Positions 17,322 to 25,940 of a stretch of DNA of 26,866 nucleotides are shown one piece after another; position 1 is the first letter of the stretch, and every line of letters begins with the position of its first letter. Made by a program: the position numbers and the translations under genes. A model generated the notes under the pieces. That model ran no database searches. It had not been told where the DNA came from and was given only the letters and a program-made list of their open reading frames with translations. This stretch comes from Candidatus Woesearchaeota archaeon (GTDB taxonomy: Archaea > Nanobdellota > Nanobdellia > Pacearchaeales > GW2011-AR1), in the NCBI GenBank assembly GCA_964528865.1, contig CAZGTS010000001.1:1-26866 (forward strand). Reading direction: 5' to 3'.

Positions 17322-18092
17322 ATGAGGTGTATGGAAAAAAAGAATGGGCAAGTTACAATTTTTATTATAATTGGAATAATAATTATAGCGTTTGGAATTT
17401 TAATTTATGTATTTTATCCTCAGATTAAAACAACACTTGGGTTTGAGACAGATAATCCTTCTGCATTTATTCGAGAATGTTTAGAAGAAAAAATAGTAAA
17501 TGATTTAGAAGTATTGTCTTTGCAAGGGGGAAGTTTGGAACCTGAACATTATATTTTGTATGACAATGAAAAAGTGGAATATTTATGTTACATTGAAGAA
17601 TATTATAAAACTTGCGTGGTGCAACAGCCAATGTTAAAGAAACATATTGAAGCTGAGATTAAAGAAAGCATTCAGGAAAGAGTAACAGAGTGTTTTGATA
17701 ATTTAGAAAAAAATTATGTTAGAAAAAATTATGCTGTAGAATTAAAAGGGAGCGGTGGAGAAATTGAGTTGCTTCCGAAGAGAATTGTTGCTACATTTAA
17801 TCGTTCTCTTGTTTTGACGAAGGATGGGACAGAAACCTATAATTCGTTTGATGTGATTGTTAACAATAATATTTATGAACTAGTTAGTGTAGCAAATAGT
17901 ATAATAAAATGGGAAACAAGTCTTGGGGATGCAGAGACAACCACTTACATGAATTATTATCATGACCTGAAAGTTGAGAAAAAGAAACAGTCAGATGGTT
18001 CAACTGTTTATATCTTGACTGACAGGAACAATGGAAATAAATTTCAGTTTGCGTCGAGAAGCATTGCTTGGCCTCCTGGATTTGGAATTTAA
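17322..18092 (+). CDS. Class III signal-peptide (archaeal pilin-like) protein, 256 aa
   Basis: MEKKNG/QVTIFIIIGIIII; shares QGG, YLCY, Q.PML..H, CFDNL and F.FA.R motifs with 12648-13484; TTTATAAA 29 nt upstream. Confidence 0.85.
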   Translation: MRCMEKKNGQVTIFIIIGIIIIAFGILIYVFYPQIKTTLGFETDNPSAFIRECLEEKIVNDLEVLSLQGGSLEPEHYILYDNEKVEYLCYIEEYYKTCVVQQPMLKKHIEAEIKESIQERVTECFDNLEKNYVRKNYAVELKGSGGEIELLPKRIVATFNRSLVLTKDGTETYNSFDVIVNNNIYELVSVANSIIKWETSLGDAETTTYMNYYHDLKVEKKKQSDGSTVYILTDRNNGNKFQFASRSIAWPPGFGI

Positions 18093-18093
18093 A

Positions 18094-19527
18094 ATGGAAA
18101 ATAAATTAATTTTAATAATCTTGGGAATTTTCTTAATTAGTTTTGCTTCTGCTGTTGGAGAAGTTTCATATTGTTGTGAAAAAACAGTTGCAGGTGCTTG
18201 GTGTCAAAATGCTCCTGAAGAACAATGTTCAACCGCTGTTGATTCTTTTACAAATACTGCTTACAAAAAAGTTCCGGCTTCTTGCGAGGCGACCTCTTAT
18301 TGTAAATTAGGAACTTGCATTAGCGAAGGAGATTGCATGGAAAACACTCCTGAAAGAAGATGTGATAAAGAGTTAGGAGGATATTGGGAAGGAAAAGACG
18401 CAGATGAAATCCCGCAGTGTGAATTAGGATGTTGCTTGATTGGAGACCAGGCAGCTTTTGTTACGCAAACACGATGCAAAAAATTATCAGCAGTATATGG
18501 CTTGCAAACTAATTTTAGAATAGACCTTACAAATGAATTAAGTTGTATTGCTTCTGCAATGTCTGATGTAAAAGGGGCTTGTGTTTATGAAAAAGATTTT
18601 TCAAAGACCTGCCAGTTCATAACTAAAAAAGAGTGTTCAGAATCAAGTGCTGGAAACAACACAGAGTTTTATGAAGGAATTTTGTGCTCTGCTGAAACAT
18701 TAGGAACTGATTGCGGGAAATCTAAAGAAACAACTTGTGTTAATGGAAGAGATGGAGTTTATTTTGTAGACACTTGTGGAAACTTGGCAAATATTTATGA
18801 TTCTTCAAAAATAAATAATAAAGAATATTGGACAAATATTTATGGTGAAGGAGAAAGTTGCAACCCAAGTTCATCAAATGCGAATTCAGTTAGTTGCGGA
18901 AATTGTGATTATTATTTAGGAAGTACTTGTGAAGATTATAAATTAGCAGGAAAAAAAGCTACTTATGGAGACAATATTTGCAAGGATTTGAGTTGTAAGT
19001 ATGATGGGAAAAGTTATGAACATGGGGAGACATGGTGTGCAGACAGCAACGGCGTTAAAGAGAATTTGCCAGGAAGCAGATATTTTAGATTAGTGTGTTA
19101 CAATGGAGAAGTCAGTGTTGAACCGTGTGCAGATTTTCGGCAGGAAACTTGTATTCAGTCGGACATTGGGGGATTTAAAACAGCGGCGTGCAGAGTAAAT
19201 ATGTGGCAGGATTGTGTTGCACAAGAAAATAAAAAAGATTGCGAGAATATTGATAGAAGAGATTGCAAATGGCAAGAAGGGAAATGTATTCCGTTATATG
19301 CTTCTGGTTTTAATTTTTGGGAAACAGAAGGAGATGCTAAACCAATATGTTCATTGGTAAGTCAAACTTGTGTTATAAAATATGAAAAAAAATTAGGTGG
19401 AGATAAAAAGTGTGTTGAGAACTGCGAGTGTCTTGACGCGTCGTGGGAAGATAATATGAATAAAATGTGTATTTCTATGGGGGACTGTGGAGAAAAGACA
19501 AATTATCTTGGATATAAAGGTTTTTGA
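18094..19527 (+). CDS. Secreted Cys-rich protein, homologous to the N-terminal half of 13497-17237 (start revised from 18031)
   Basis: Signal peptide from ATG 18094, 1 nt after the upstream stop; shared GCC..G..A.FVT.TRC.KLS, GE.WC and CISMGDCG...NY.G motifs. Confidence 0.85.
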   Translation: MENKLILIILGIFLISFASAVGEVSYCCEKTVAGAWCQNAPEEQCSTAVDSFTNTAYKKVPASCEATSYCKLGTCISEGDCMENTPERRCDKELGGYWEGKDADEIPQCELGCCLIGDQAAFVTQTRCKKLSAVYGLQTNFRIDLTNELSCIASAMSDVKGACVYEKDFSKTCQFITKKECSESSAGNNTEFYEGILCSAETLGTDCGKSKETTCVNGRDGVYFVDTCGNLANIYDSSKINNKEYWTNIYGEGESCNPSSSNANSVSCGNCDYYLGSTCEDYKLAGKKATYGDNICKDLSCKYDGKSYEHGETWCADSNGVKENLPGSRYFRLVCYNGEVSVEPCADFRQETCIQSDIGGFKTAACRVNMWQDCVAQENKKDCENIDRRDCKWQEGKCIPLYASGFNFWETEGDAKPICSLVSQTCVIKYEKKLGGDKKCVENCECLDASWEDNMNKMCISMGDCGEKTNYLGYKGF

Positions 19528-19555
19528 GAATTTATTAATTTATAATTCTGTCCTC

Positions 19556-19586
19556 ACTTTAAAGTAATCAAAAGATTTAAATATTC
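19556..19586 (+). promoter_or_regulatory. Duplicated BRE/TATA promoter block, copy 1
   Basis: ACTTTAAAGTAATCAAAAGATTTAAATATTC, 31/31 identical to 21502-21532; TTTAAATA is 29 nt before ATG 19605. Confidence 0.75.
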
Positions 19587-19604
19587 AAAACACATTTACA
19601 AACC

Positions 19605-20033
19605 ATGACTAAAAACTCACAAGAGGTGAGAAATGGAAAACCAAGTCGTTTGACGACATTGTTATTAGCTGGTTCTATGTTAGTTGGGTTGGGTTCTATT
19701 AGTGGATGTATAACACCACAAGGAAGACAATTCATTAACACTATGGGTTATACTGCTGCAGGAACTTTTGTCAAAGGAAGTGTTAGAAAAGAAATGGGGC
19801 ATCGTGATTATCAAAATAAACAGGGAACAGCACATCGTAGAGGACAATACTTTATTGTTGTGAATTTAGCAACAGGAGAAAGTAAAACTATTGACGGACC
19901 CCATTGGAGACTTTATACAAAAATAATCAAAACTAAAAAAAGAGATATTTATCCAGAAGGATTTAAAATGTTTCGTTATGATGTAGATGGTGACCATTGT
20001 GCAACAGTTAGTTGGAATGGGAAGGGTAATTAA
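19605..20033 (+). CDS. Putative lipoprotein A (lipobox-like ISGC)
   Basis: Basic N-region, hydrophobic h-region, SISG-C; the first 38 codons from the lipobox are ~96% identical to 21557-22186. Confidence 0.7.
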   Translation: MTKNSQEVRNGKPSRLTTLLLAGSMLVGLGSISGCITPQGRQFINTMGYTAAGTFVKGSVRKEMGHRDYQNKQGTAHRRGQYFIVVNLATGESKTIDGPHWRLYTKIIKTKKRDIYPEGFKMFRYDVDGDHCATVSWNGKGN

Positions 20034-20074
20034 AATTTACAAAAATTTATAAAAATATTTTCTTTGTTTTTAAT

Positions 20075-20182
20075 ATGAATAAAAGAGGAATTGCACTTTG
20101 TCAAATAATTATTTTATTATCCTCTATAGTTGCGTTTAGTTTTATTTTGAATATTGGAGTTGTGGCAATTAGTTTTATATAA
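20075..20182 (+). pseudogene. Truncated gene remnant: signal peptide only, paralog of the 22287 N-terminus
   Basis: MNKRGIALCQIIILLSSIVAFSFILNIGVVAISFI* resembles QIYLMIVSVISFSFILNIDLVIA; the same AAAAATTTATAAA promoter lies 29 nt upstream of both. Confidence 0.65.
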
Positions 20183-20188
20183 AACTAA
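20169..20188. repeat. Perfect 20-bp palindrome at a convergent junction
   Basis: TTAGTTTTAT|ATAAAACTAA, containing the stop codons of both converging ORFs. Confidence 0.8.
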
Positions 20189-20552
20189 AATCAATATCCA
20201 ATGTAAATGATTCTCTTTTTCCAGAAAAAAATCTAGATAAGATATTTGGTCCTCTTCTTTTAAAAGAAACATTAACACTATCTAATTTTGATAATTTTCT
20301 TTCAGAAAGATTATTCAAATAAGCCTCTGCGACAGAGTATCCTCTGCAATTTCCGATTTGAGCTGTTTGGTCTCTCGCATAACTTTTTAAAATTTCTGCT
20401 GCTAAAAAAGGATTTCTTCTTCCTAAAGCAGTTTCAGGACTTTCAGGAATAGGAACAGGATTAAAAGAATTAGTCCAAGGGTCGGGCATTCCTGGATACA
20501 TTATTTCTGGATTAATACTTCTTTTAACTATTTCATTCATTTTAATATCCAA
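20175..20552 (-). CDS. Hypothetical protein, paralog 3 of a tandem triplet
   Basis: PESPETALGRRNP...RGYSVAEAYLNNLSERKL domain shared with the two upstream ORFs. Confidence 0.7.
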   Translation of the reverse strand: MDIKMNEIVKRSINPEIMYPGMPDPWTNSFNPVPIPESPETALGRRNPFLAAEILKSYARDQTAQIGNCRGYSVAEAYLNNLSERKLSKLDSVNVSFKRRGPNILSRFFSGKRESFTLDIDFSFI

Positions 20553-20994
20553 AACTAAAATTTACTTTATTTAGGTTATGACGAGCATCCCATCTAGAAT
20601 ACTTTGGTGAAAATGAAAATTCAAAAAAGTTTATTTTTGTAAGTGCTTCAGAAGATAAATCATTTAAATAATTTATCGCCCGATTAAATCCATTTTTAAT
20701 TTCAATTTTTTCTTCTAATCCTCTTCTCTCAGAATGATTTGAAGAATCACTAAGTGTAGGTCCTCTACTTAAAATTGGCAGAGGTTCTGTCCTATAATTA
20801 TTTAATCCTTCTCTATTTCTTATTATGAGTTCCACTCCTCCTGGAAAAAAGTTTTTTTCAAAATATTTCCATATTCCTTTATCCAATATTCCAAAACTCC
20901 ATTCTTTTATTTTAGAAGCAGGAGCATAATAAACAGATTCTCTTCTAAGAAAACTACTTATTCTTTTACAGAGATTTGAAATATATTCTATCAT
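20542..20994 (-). CDS. Hypothetical protein, paralog 2 of a tandem triplet
   Basis: ILSRGP...KNGFNRAINYLNDLSSEAL aligns with the shared domain; start and stop overlap the neighbours. Confidence 0.65.
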   Translation of the reverse strand: MIEYISNLCKRISSFLRRESVYYAPASKIKEWSFGILDKGIWKYFEKNFFPGGVELIIRNREGLNNYRTEPLPILSRGPTLSDSSNHSERRGLEEKIEIKNGFNRAINYLNDLSSEALTKINFFEFSFSPKYSRWDARHNLNKVNFSFGY

Positions 20995-21455
20995 CTTTTA
21001 ATTTTAATTTTTAAATTATATTCTTCTCCAGAAGAAAAAAATCCTAATCCTATACTTCTTTCCAATGTAACTCTAACACCTTTAGCATCATCTAATGCTC
21101 CTTTAGGTAAAGTGTTCAATATTTTTTCTGTAGTTAAATATCCTCTGTTCAATGATTCTTGGTAGGTTCTTTCTTTAGATAAATCTTTCATTAAATCTGA
21201 TGCAGTTTTAGAGTCTCTCCTTGCAATGGAGGTTCCAGGGCTTTCAGGATAAATAGAGTTTCTTTCTTAAATTGTTTCTCCACTTCCCCCACAATCTTTG
21301 TCTAAAACTTCTCTTCCTGCAATTCCTACAGCAACTGCTCCTGCTATACCAAGATAAAGAGGCATGAATGGTCCAGTTAAAGGGGCTACTACTAATGTTG
21401 CAATCCCAATTCCTCCAAGTTTCTTTCTAAAGCTTTTTTCATTCGAAGATGCCAT
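20991..21455 (-). pseudogene. Membrane-anchored paralog 1, interrupted by a single in-frame TAA at 21267-21269
   Basis: ORFs 21267-21476 and 20991-21191 are in the same frame; the 25 intervening codons read ERNSIYPESPGTSIARRDSKTASDL, homologous to paralog 3. ATG 21455 is 29 nt from CTTAAATA. Confidence 0.8.
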
Positions 21456-21501
21456 AAAAATCCTACCACTCCACACTATTTAAGGATTATTGTGATGTGT
21501 T

Positions 21502-21532
21502 ACTTTAAAGTAATCAAAAGATTTAAATATTC
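21502..21532 (+). promoter_or_regulatory. Duplicated BRE/TATA promoter block, copy 2
   Basis: 31/31 identical to 19556-19586. Confidence 0.75.
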
Positions 21533-21556
21533 TAAACTCCCCTATAAATTAATAAA

Positions 21557-22186
21557 ATGTCAAGAAAATTAACAAATCTTATTGGAGCTGGTTTATTTGC
21601 AGTAGGTGGTATGGGGTTGTTAAGTGGATGTATAACACCACAAGGAAGACAATTTATTAACAGCCTGGGTTATACTGCTGCAGGAACTTTTGTCAAAGAA
21701 AGTGTTAGAAAAGAAATGGGGCATCGTGATTATCAATCACAGCAAAGAAAAGAAAATAGAACTTATGTTCCAAAGGGATTACGACCTGCACAATTAGAGA
21801 GGGCTTTTTTTGCTTGTAATTATTGGAAAGACTTTAATAATGATGGAACAACTAATTATCCAGAGGAATATGTTGGAATTAAAAATAAATTTAGAGACTA
21901 TGAAACAATAGTTTTAGTTTTACATGATGGAGTTGGGGAGAGGGGAACTAAAATAGTCCAAAAAATTTTCAATCCAAAAGGAGAAGAGATTTATAATGTT
22001 GAAAAGATTTTTTCTCAAAAAGGTTGTTCAGTAATAATGGGGATTAACGGTGATGCTATGGGGTGGTTGATTGAAAAAGGGGGTTATGGAAATTTTAAAT
22101 CTGTTTGGTATATTAATAATGCTTATGCCGATTCAACTGAATTTGAAATAGTCCATTCAGAACAAACTAAAAAACTTGATAAGTAA
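21557..22186 (+). CDS. Putative lipoprotein B (lipobox-like LSGC) with a beta-rich C-terminal domain
   Basis: GLLSG-C; shares CITPQGRQFIN..GYTAAGTFVK.SVRKEMGHRDYQ with 19605-20033, then unrelated sequence. Confidence 0.7.
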   Translation: MSRKLTNLIGAGLFAVGGMGLLSGCITPQGRQFINSLGYTAAGTFVKESVRKEMGHRDYQSQQRKENRTYVPKGLRPAQLERAFFACNYWKDFNNDGTTNYPEEYVGIKNKFRDYETIVLVLHDGVGERGTKIVQKIFNPKGEEIYNVEKIFSQKGCSVIMGINGDAMGWLIEKGGYGNFKSVWYINNAYADSTEFEIVHSEQTKKLDK

Positions 22187-22286
22187 TTTATCTAATAAGA
22201 ATTTGAAGAAACTATTCTAAAACATAATAATTTTAAATGATTGTGAGTAATGAAAAATTTATAAATAACAATTAACTAATTCTTCT

Positions 22287-24284
22287 ATGAAAAAGAGATT
22301 AATAAAAAGTATTTCTTTATTTCAAATTTATCTAATGATAGTCTCTGTAATCTCTTTTAGTTTTATTTTAAATATTGATCTTGTTATTGCAGAGGTTCCT
22401 GAAATAAAAGTTCTCCCAACAGGAAGTTCAACTGCCTCAGAATATTTTGGAATAAAGCCTCTTGCAGAAGGGAAGAAAACAGCAGAATTTTTTTCAGGCA
22501 CTGTTGGAGGAGGAGCAGATGCAATAGTTTCTGGAGCACAATATGCGTTGATAGTTGTAGGTGTAATACAGATGATCGCACCAATGTTAGGAGCAGATTC
22601 AGCTTTAACAAATGCATTATCAGTTTCTCTTGGTACTGGTGTTTTTATTGGAAAAGGATTATATACTTTATTAGGAGAAGGGGGAACGTGGAGTTCGTGG
22701 ACAACTAATGCAGGATCATGGTCCATCGCAGGAGGAGTAGTAACTGCAGCAGTTATTTTTTATATGATGTACAAATCTGAAGAAACAGAAACAAAAATAT
22801 TCACGTGCGAGGCTTGGCAAGCTCCGACAGGTGGAAGCAATTGCGAGAAGTGCAATAAGCAAGGGGAACTTCCCTGTTCTGAATATCAGTGTCGGAGTTT
22901 AGGGCAGTCTTGCGAGTTGTTGAATCCTGGAACTGAAGAAGAACAATGCACATGGGTTAATAGAAACGACGTGAATCCGCCTGTGATGAAACCATTAGAG
23001 AGTGCGTTGCTGAATAATTATGTTTATTCTCCTGACAATACAATTTCTCCTCCTGATAAAGGAGTTAAAGTGCAGAACAAGGCATTGGCTTCAAAATGTG
23101 CAGAGGCTTTCACACCTTTGACATTTGGTATAATCACAAACGAACCTGCACAATGTAAAATTTCTCCTTTAAGAGAAAAAAGTTTTGAAGACATGGGGCT
23201 TTATTTTGGGGGCAGCAATTCATTCACTTACAACCACACGCAAGTTATGATTTTGCCTGGAGCAGAAGCACTTGAAGCAGAAGGACTAACATTGCAAAAC
23301 AACGGGAACTTTGAAGTTTATGCGAGATGCCAAGATGCAAATGGCAACGCAAACACCGCAAACTTTGTGTTCAAGTACTGCGTAGAAAAAGGCCCAGACA
23401 CAACACCGCCGTTAATTGTATCAACGAACTTATTAAACAATATGCCAATTGCATTTGATCAATCCTCAATAGATTTAAATATTTACACAAACGAACCTGC
23501 AGATTGTAAATGGGATTATTTAGACAAAGCTTATGATAATATGGACAATACATTCACCTGCTCAAAAAACATATTTCAAATGAATGCACAAATGCTTTAT
23601 CCTTGCTCAACAACATTAACAGGTTTGAAGAATGAATTCAAAAATAAATTTTATTTTAGATGCAAAGATTTATCTGAAAATACAAATGCAGAATCCTATT
23701 TATTTACTTTACTTGGAACAAAACCATTGGTAATTGATTATGTTTCGCCAGATGCAGAAACAATAAAAGACTCAACAGATATTGTTCAAGTAACATTAAA
23801 AGTTGAAACATCTGCAGGCTATAACGACGGGGAATCAGCATGTTATTATAGCGACACAGGAACAGAAGATAGTTATGTTCTATTCGGTAATACAAATTCC
23901 CATCAACATTCTCAAGAATTATGGTTTAATGCTGGTACCTATGAGTATTTTATAAAATGCCTTGACCTTGGAGGAAATACCGATGAGAAAACAATAAACT
24001 TTGATGTGGAATCTGATGTCACAAGTCCGTTAGTTGTCAGGGTTTATCATGAAGATAAATATTTAAAATTAATAACAAACGAAAAAGCAGAATGTGTTTA
24101 TGACACAACAAGTTGCAGTTATACTTTTGAAGACGGGATAAAAATGGCTAACATAGACGGTATAACTCATTACACAGACTGGAACACTCAAACAAATTTT
24201 TACATTAAATGCAAAGATTCTTATGGTAACAAACCTTTTCCAGATAAATGTAATTTAATTGCTAAACCTTCTCAGATATTTTAA
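22287..24284 (+). CDS. Secreted/membrane Cys-rich protein, homologous to the C-terminal half of 13497-17237
   Basis: Own signal peptide, hydrophobic Gly-rich segment, C..W.AP.GGS.CE.C....PC..Y.C.SLGQ.C.LLN and TNEPA.CK repeats; TTTATAAA 29 nt upstream. Confidence 0.85.
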   Translation: MKKRLIKSISLFQIYLMIVSVISFSFILNIDLVIAEVPEIKVLPTGSSTASEYFGIKPLAEGKKTAEFFSGTVGGGADAIVSGAQYALIVVGVIQMIAPMLGADSALTNALSVSLGTGVFIGKGLYTLLGEGGTWSSWTTNAGSWSIAGGVVTAAVIFYMMYKSEETETKIFTCEAWQAPTGGSNCEKCNKQGELPCSEYQCRSLGQSCELLNPGTEEEQCTWVNRNDVNPPVMKPLESALLNNYVYSPDNTISPPDKGVKVQNKALASKCAEAFTPLTFGIITNEPAQCKISPLREKSFEDMGLYFGGSNSFTYNHTQVMILPGAEALEAEGLTLQNNGNFEVYARCQDANGNANTANFVFKYCVEKGPDTTPPLIVSTNLLNNMPIAFDQSSIDLNIYTNEPADCKWDYLDKAYDNMDNTFTCSKNIFQMNAQMLYPCSTTLTGLKNEFKNKFYFRCKDLSENTNAESYLFTLLGTKPLVIDYVSPDAETIKDSTDIVQVTLKVETSAGYNDGESACYYSDTGTEDSYVLFGNTNSHQHSQELWFNAGTYEYFIKCLDLGGNTDEKTINFDVESDVTSPLVVRVYHEDKYLKLITNEKAECVYDTTSCSYTFEDGIKMANIDGITHYTDWNTQTNFYIKCKDSYGNKPFPDKCNLIAKPSQIF

Positions 24285-24285
24285 G

Positions 24286-24320
24286 AAAAGTAAATCAGCT
24301 GTACAGGCAAGATTTTCATT
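24286..24320. repeat. Intergenic repeat, copy of 26486-26509 carrying an 11-nt insert
   Basis: AAAAGTAAATCA-[GCTGTACAGGC]-AAGATTTTCATT versus AAAAGTAAATCA-AAGATTTTCATT; both lie right after a stop codon. Confidence 0.7.
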
Positions 24321-24381
24321 ACTTATTTTAACAAAAATGAAAAATGGCTAAACTTATAAATCTTAATTTTCTTATTTCTTT

Positions 24382-25347
24382 ATGAAAAAAGGTGAGAAAA
24401 AATTAAAAATTTTTCCTACCATTCGTCCACGCTTGGGTAGTCGAACGAGAGGTTATTTACAAATATCTTTTACTTGGCTCTTTTCAATTATTGCTGGAGC
24501 AATTATTTTGTTTCTTGTTATTTTTATGACCTCGAAATTAATTAGCACAGAGCAGATGACTTTAAACGCAAAAACTGGAACAGAAATTGGTATTTTGTTG
24601 AACCCAATTGAAATGGGTTTTGAAAGTGCAAAGTCCACGACAATGACCTTGCCTGTTGAAACAAGAATTATTGCAAAATGCGAAGAAGATAACCAATTTG
24701 GGAAACAAATTATAAATCTATCACAAAAGAACCTTGGCGAATGGACTGTGACAAATATTGAAGCTAAATTCACAAACAAATATATTTTCTCAAAAAATCT
24801 TGAAGGGGAAACATTTTACATTTTTGTAAAGCCGTTTGAGTTGGGGTTCAAGGTTGCTGATTTGATTTATATGACTTCTTCTAAAAAAGAATATTGCTTC
24901 GAAAATGCTCCAGAAAACATTAAAAAAGAAATTGAATTTTTGAACCAAAAAAATCTTGTTACAGAAAATTGTCAAGAAGACTCTATTGAAATTTGCTTTA
25001 GTGGTTCTTGCGAAATTAAAGTTAATTATAATTCAAAGTATGTAATTAAAGAAGGGAATAGAATGTATTTTAGTGACGATGTTTTAATGTATGCGGCTAT
25101 TTTTTCAGATAGTGAAGTTTATGAATGCCAAGTAAAAAGATTGATGCAAAGAACAGCGAATCTTGCTTTATTGTATAAAAACAAGGCGAATTTTGTTTCT
25201 AATAGAGGATGTAATTCTAATTTGAATTTGTTGGGATTAAAAAATGCTGCGGAAGATTTAAGAAATTCTGCAGAGCTAAAATCAGTTAATAGTATTGCAG
25301 AAGATATTAATGATTTAAATAAATTTGCAGAGTGTAGGCTATGGTAG
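24382..25347 (+). CDS. Class III-like signal-peptide (pilin-like) protein, 321 aa
   Basis: Basic leader ..RTRG-YLQISFTWLFSIIAGAIILFLVIF; CTTATAAA 29 nt upstream. Confidence 0.75.
   Translation: MKKGEKKLKIFPTIRPRLGSRTRGYLQISFTWLFSIIAGAIILFLVIFMTSKLISTEQMTLNAKTGTEIGILLNPIEMGFESAKSTTMTLPVETRIIAKCEEDNQFGKQIINLSQKNLGEWTVTNIEAKFTNKYIFSKNLEGETFYIFVKPFELGFKVADLIYMTSSKKEYCFENAPENIKKEIEFLNQKNLVTENCQEDSIEICFSGSCEIKVNYNSKYVIKEGNRMYFSDDVLMYAAIFSDSEVYECQVKRLMQRTANLALLYKNKANFVSNRGCNSNLNLLGLKNAAEDLRNSAELKSVNSIAEDINDLNKFAECRLW
24420..24448. repeat. REP-like hairpin copy 2 (core inverted)
   Basis: CATTCGTCC-ACGCTTGGGT-AGTCGAACGA; arms as in 26506-26534, core is its reverse complement at 9/10. Confidence 0.75.
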
Positions 25348-25940
25348 TCAAAATCTCACTTCGTTCAATCTGGTTCGCCCAAGCATGGTCAAACCAAAGA
25401 ACTGATTCAATCGCACAAAATAAAAAAGCGCAAATGAAAATACAGCAAATGGTATTTATGTTGCTTGCGGCTACATTATTTTTTGCACTAGTTGGAATGC
25501 TTTTGTTGGCTTTGAAATTTTCAGGATTAAAAGAATCAGCAACAGAGCTTGAGGAAAAAAATGCCCTGCTTCTTGTAACAAAGATTGCAAACTCCCCTGA
25601 GTTTTCATGTGGTAGCGCATTTGGAAACCTTAAGACTAATTGTGTTGATGCTGACAAAGTTATGATGTTGAAAAAAAATATAGATAAATATGATAATTTT
25701 TGGGGGAAAGAGACGAACATAGAAATAATTAAAATCTACCCCGAAGGGAATGTGGTCTGCACCATAGGGAACTACCCTAATTGTAATCTTATAAATTTGC
25801 AATCAAAAAAAATAAATATAGAACATTCAAATTTTATTTCATTATGCAGAAAGAATTTAATTAATGGTGAAGTTCATGATAAGTGCGAGTTGGCAAAGAT
25901 AATTGTAAGTTATAAAGATTGGCGTGAAAATGATGATTAA
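25341..25940 (+). CDS. Class III signal-peptide (pilin-like) protein, 199 aa
   Basis: ..NKKA/QMKIQQMVFMLLAATLFFALVGMLLL; overlaps the upstream stop. Confidence 0.8.
   Translation: MVVKISLRSIWFAQAWSNQRTDSIAQNKKAQMKIQQMVFMLLAATLFFALVGMLLLALKFSGLKESATELEEKNALLLVTKIANSPEFSCGSAFGNLKTNCVDADKVMMLKKNIDKYDNFWGKETNIEIIKIYPEGNVVCTIGNYPNCNLINLQSKKINIEHSNFISLCRKNLINGEVHDKCELAKIIVSYKDWRENDD
25368..25396. repeat. REP-like hairpin copy 3 (in the prepilin leader-coding region)
   Basis: Core GCCCAAGCAT-GGTC with TGGTT/AACCA arms. Confidence 0.65.

Noticed and set aside
18031-18093. ORF-track start at 18031
   Set aside because: It overlaps the upstream gene by 62 nt; the signal peptide begins at ATG 18094, just after that gene's stop.
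21267-21269. Stop-codon reassignment or Sec/Pyl readthrough
   Set aside because: The stop is TAA, which terminates most genes here; TGA and TAG also act as normal stops. A nonsense mutation or base error is simpler.
1072-25802. Short antisense or alternate-frame ORFs (for example 1072-1287, 1854-2132, 3258-3638, 5660-5905, 9458-9892, 10586-10957, 15431-15631, 22328-22726)
   Set aside because: All lie within better-supported genes, have shadow-like composition and show no recognisable motifs.
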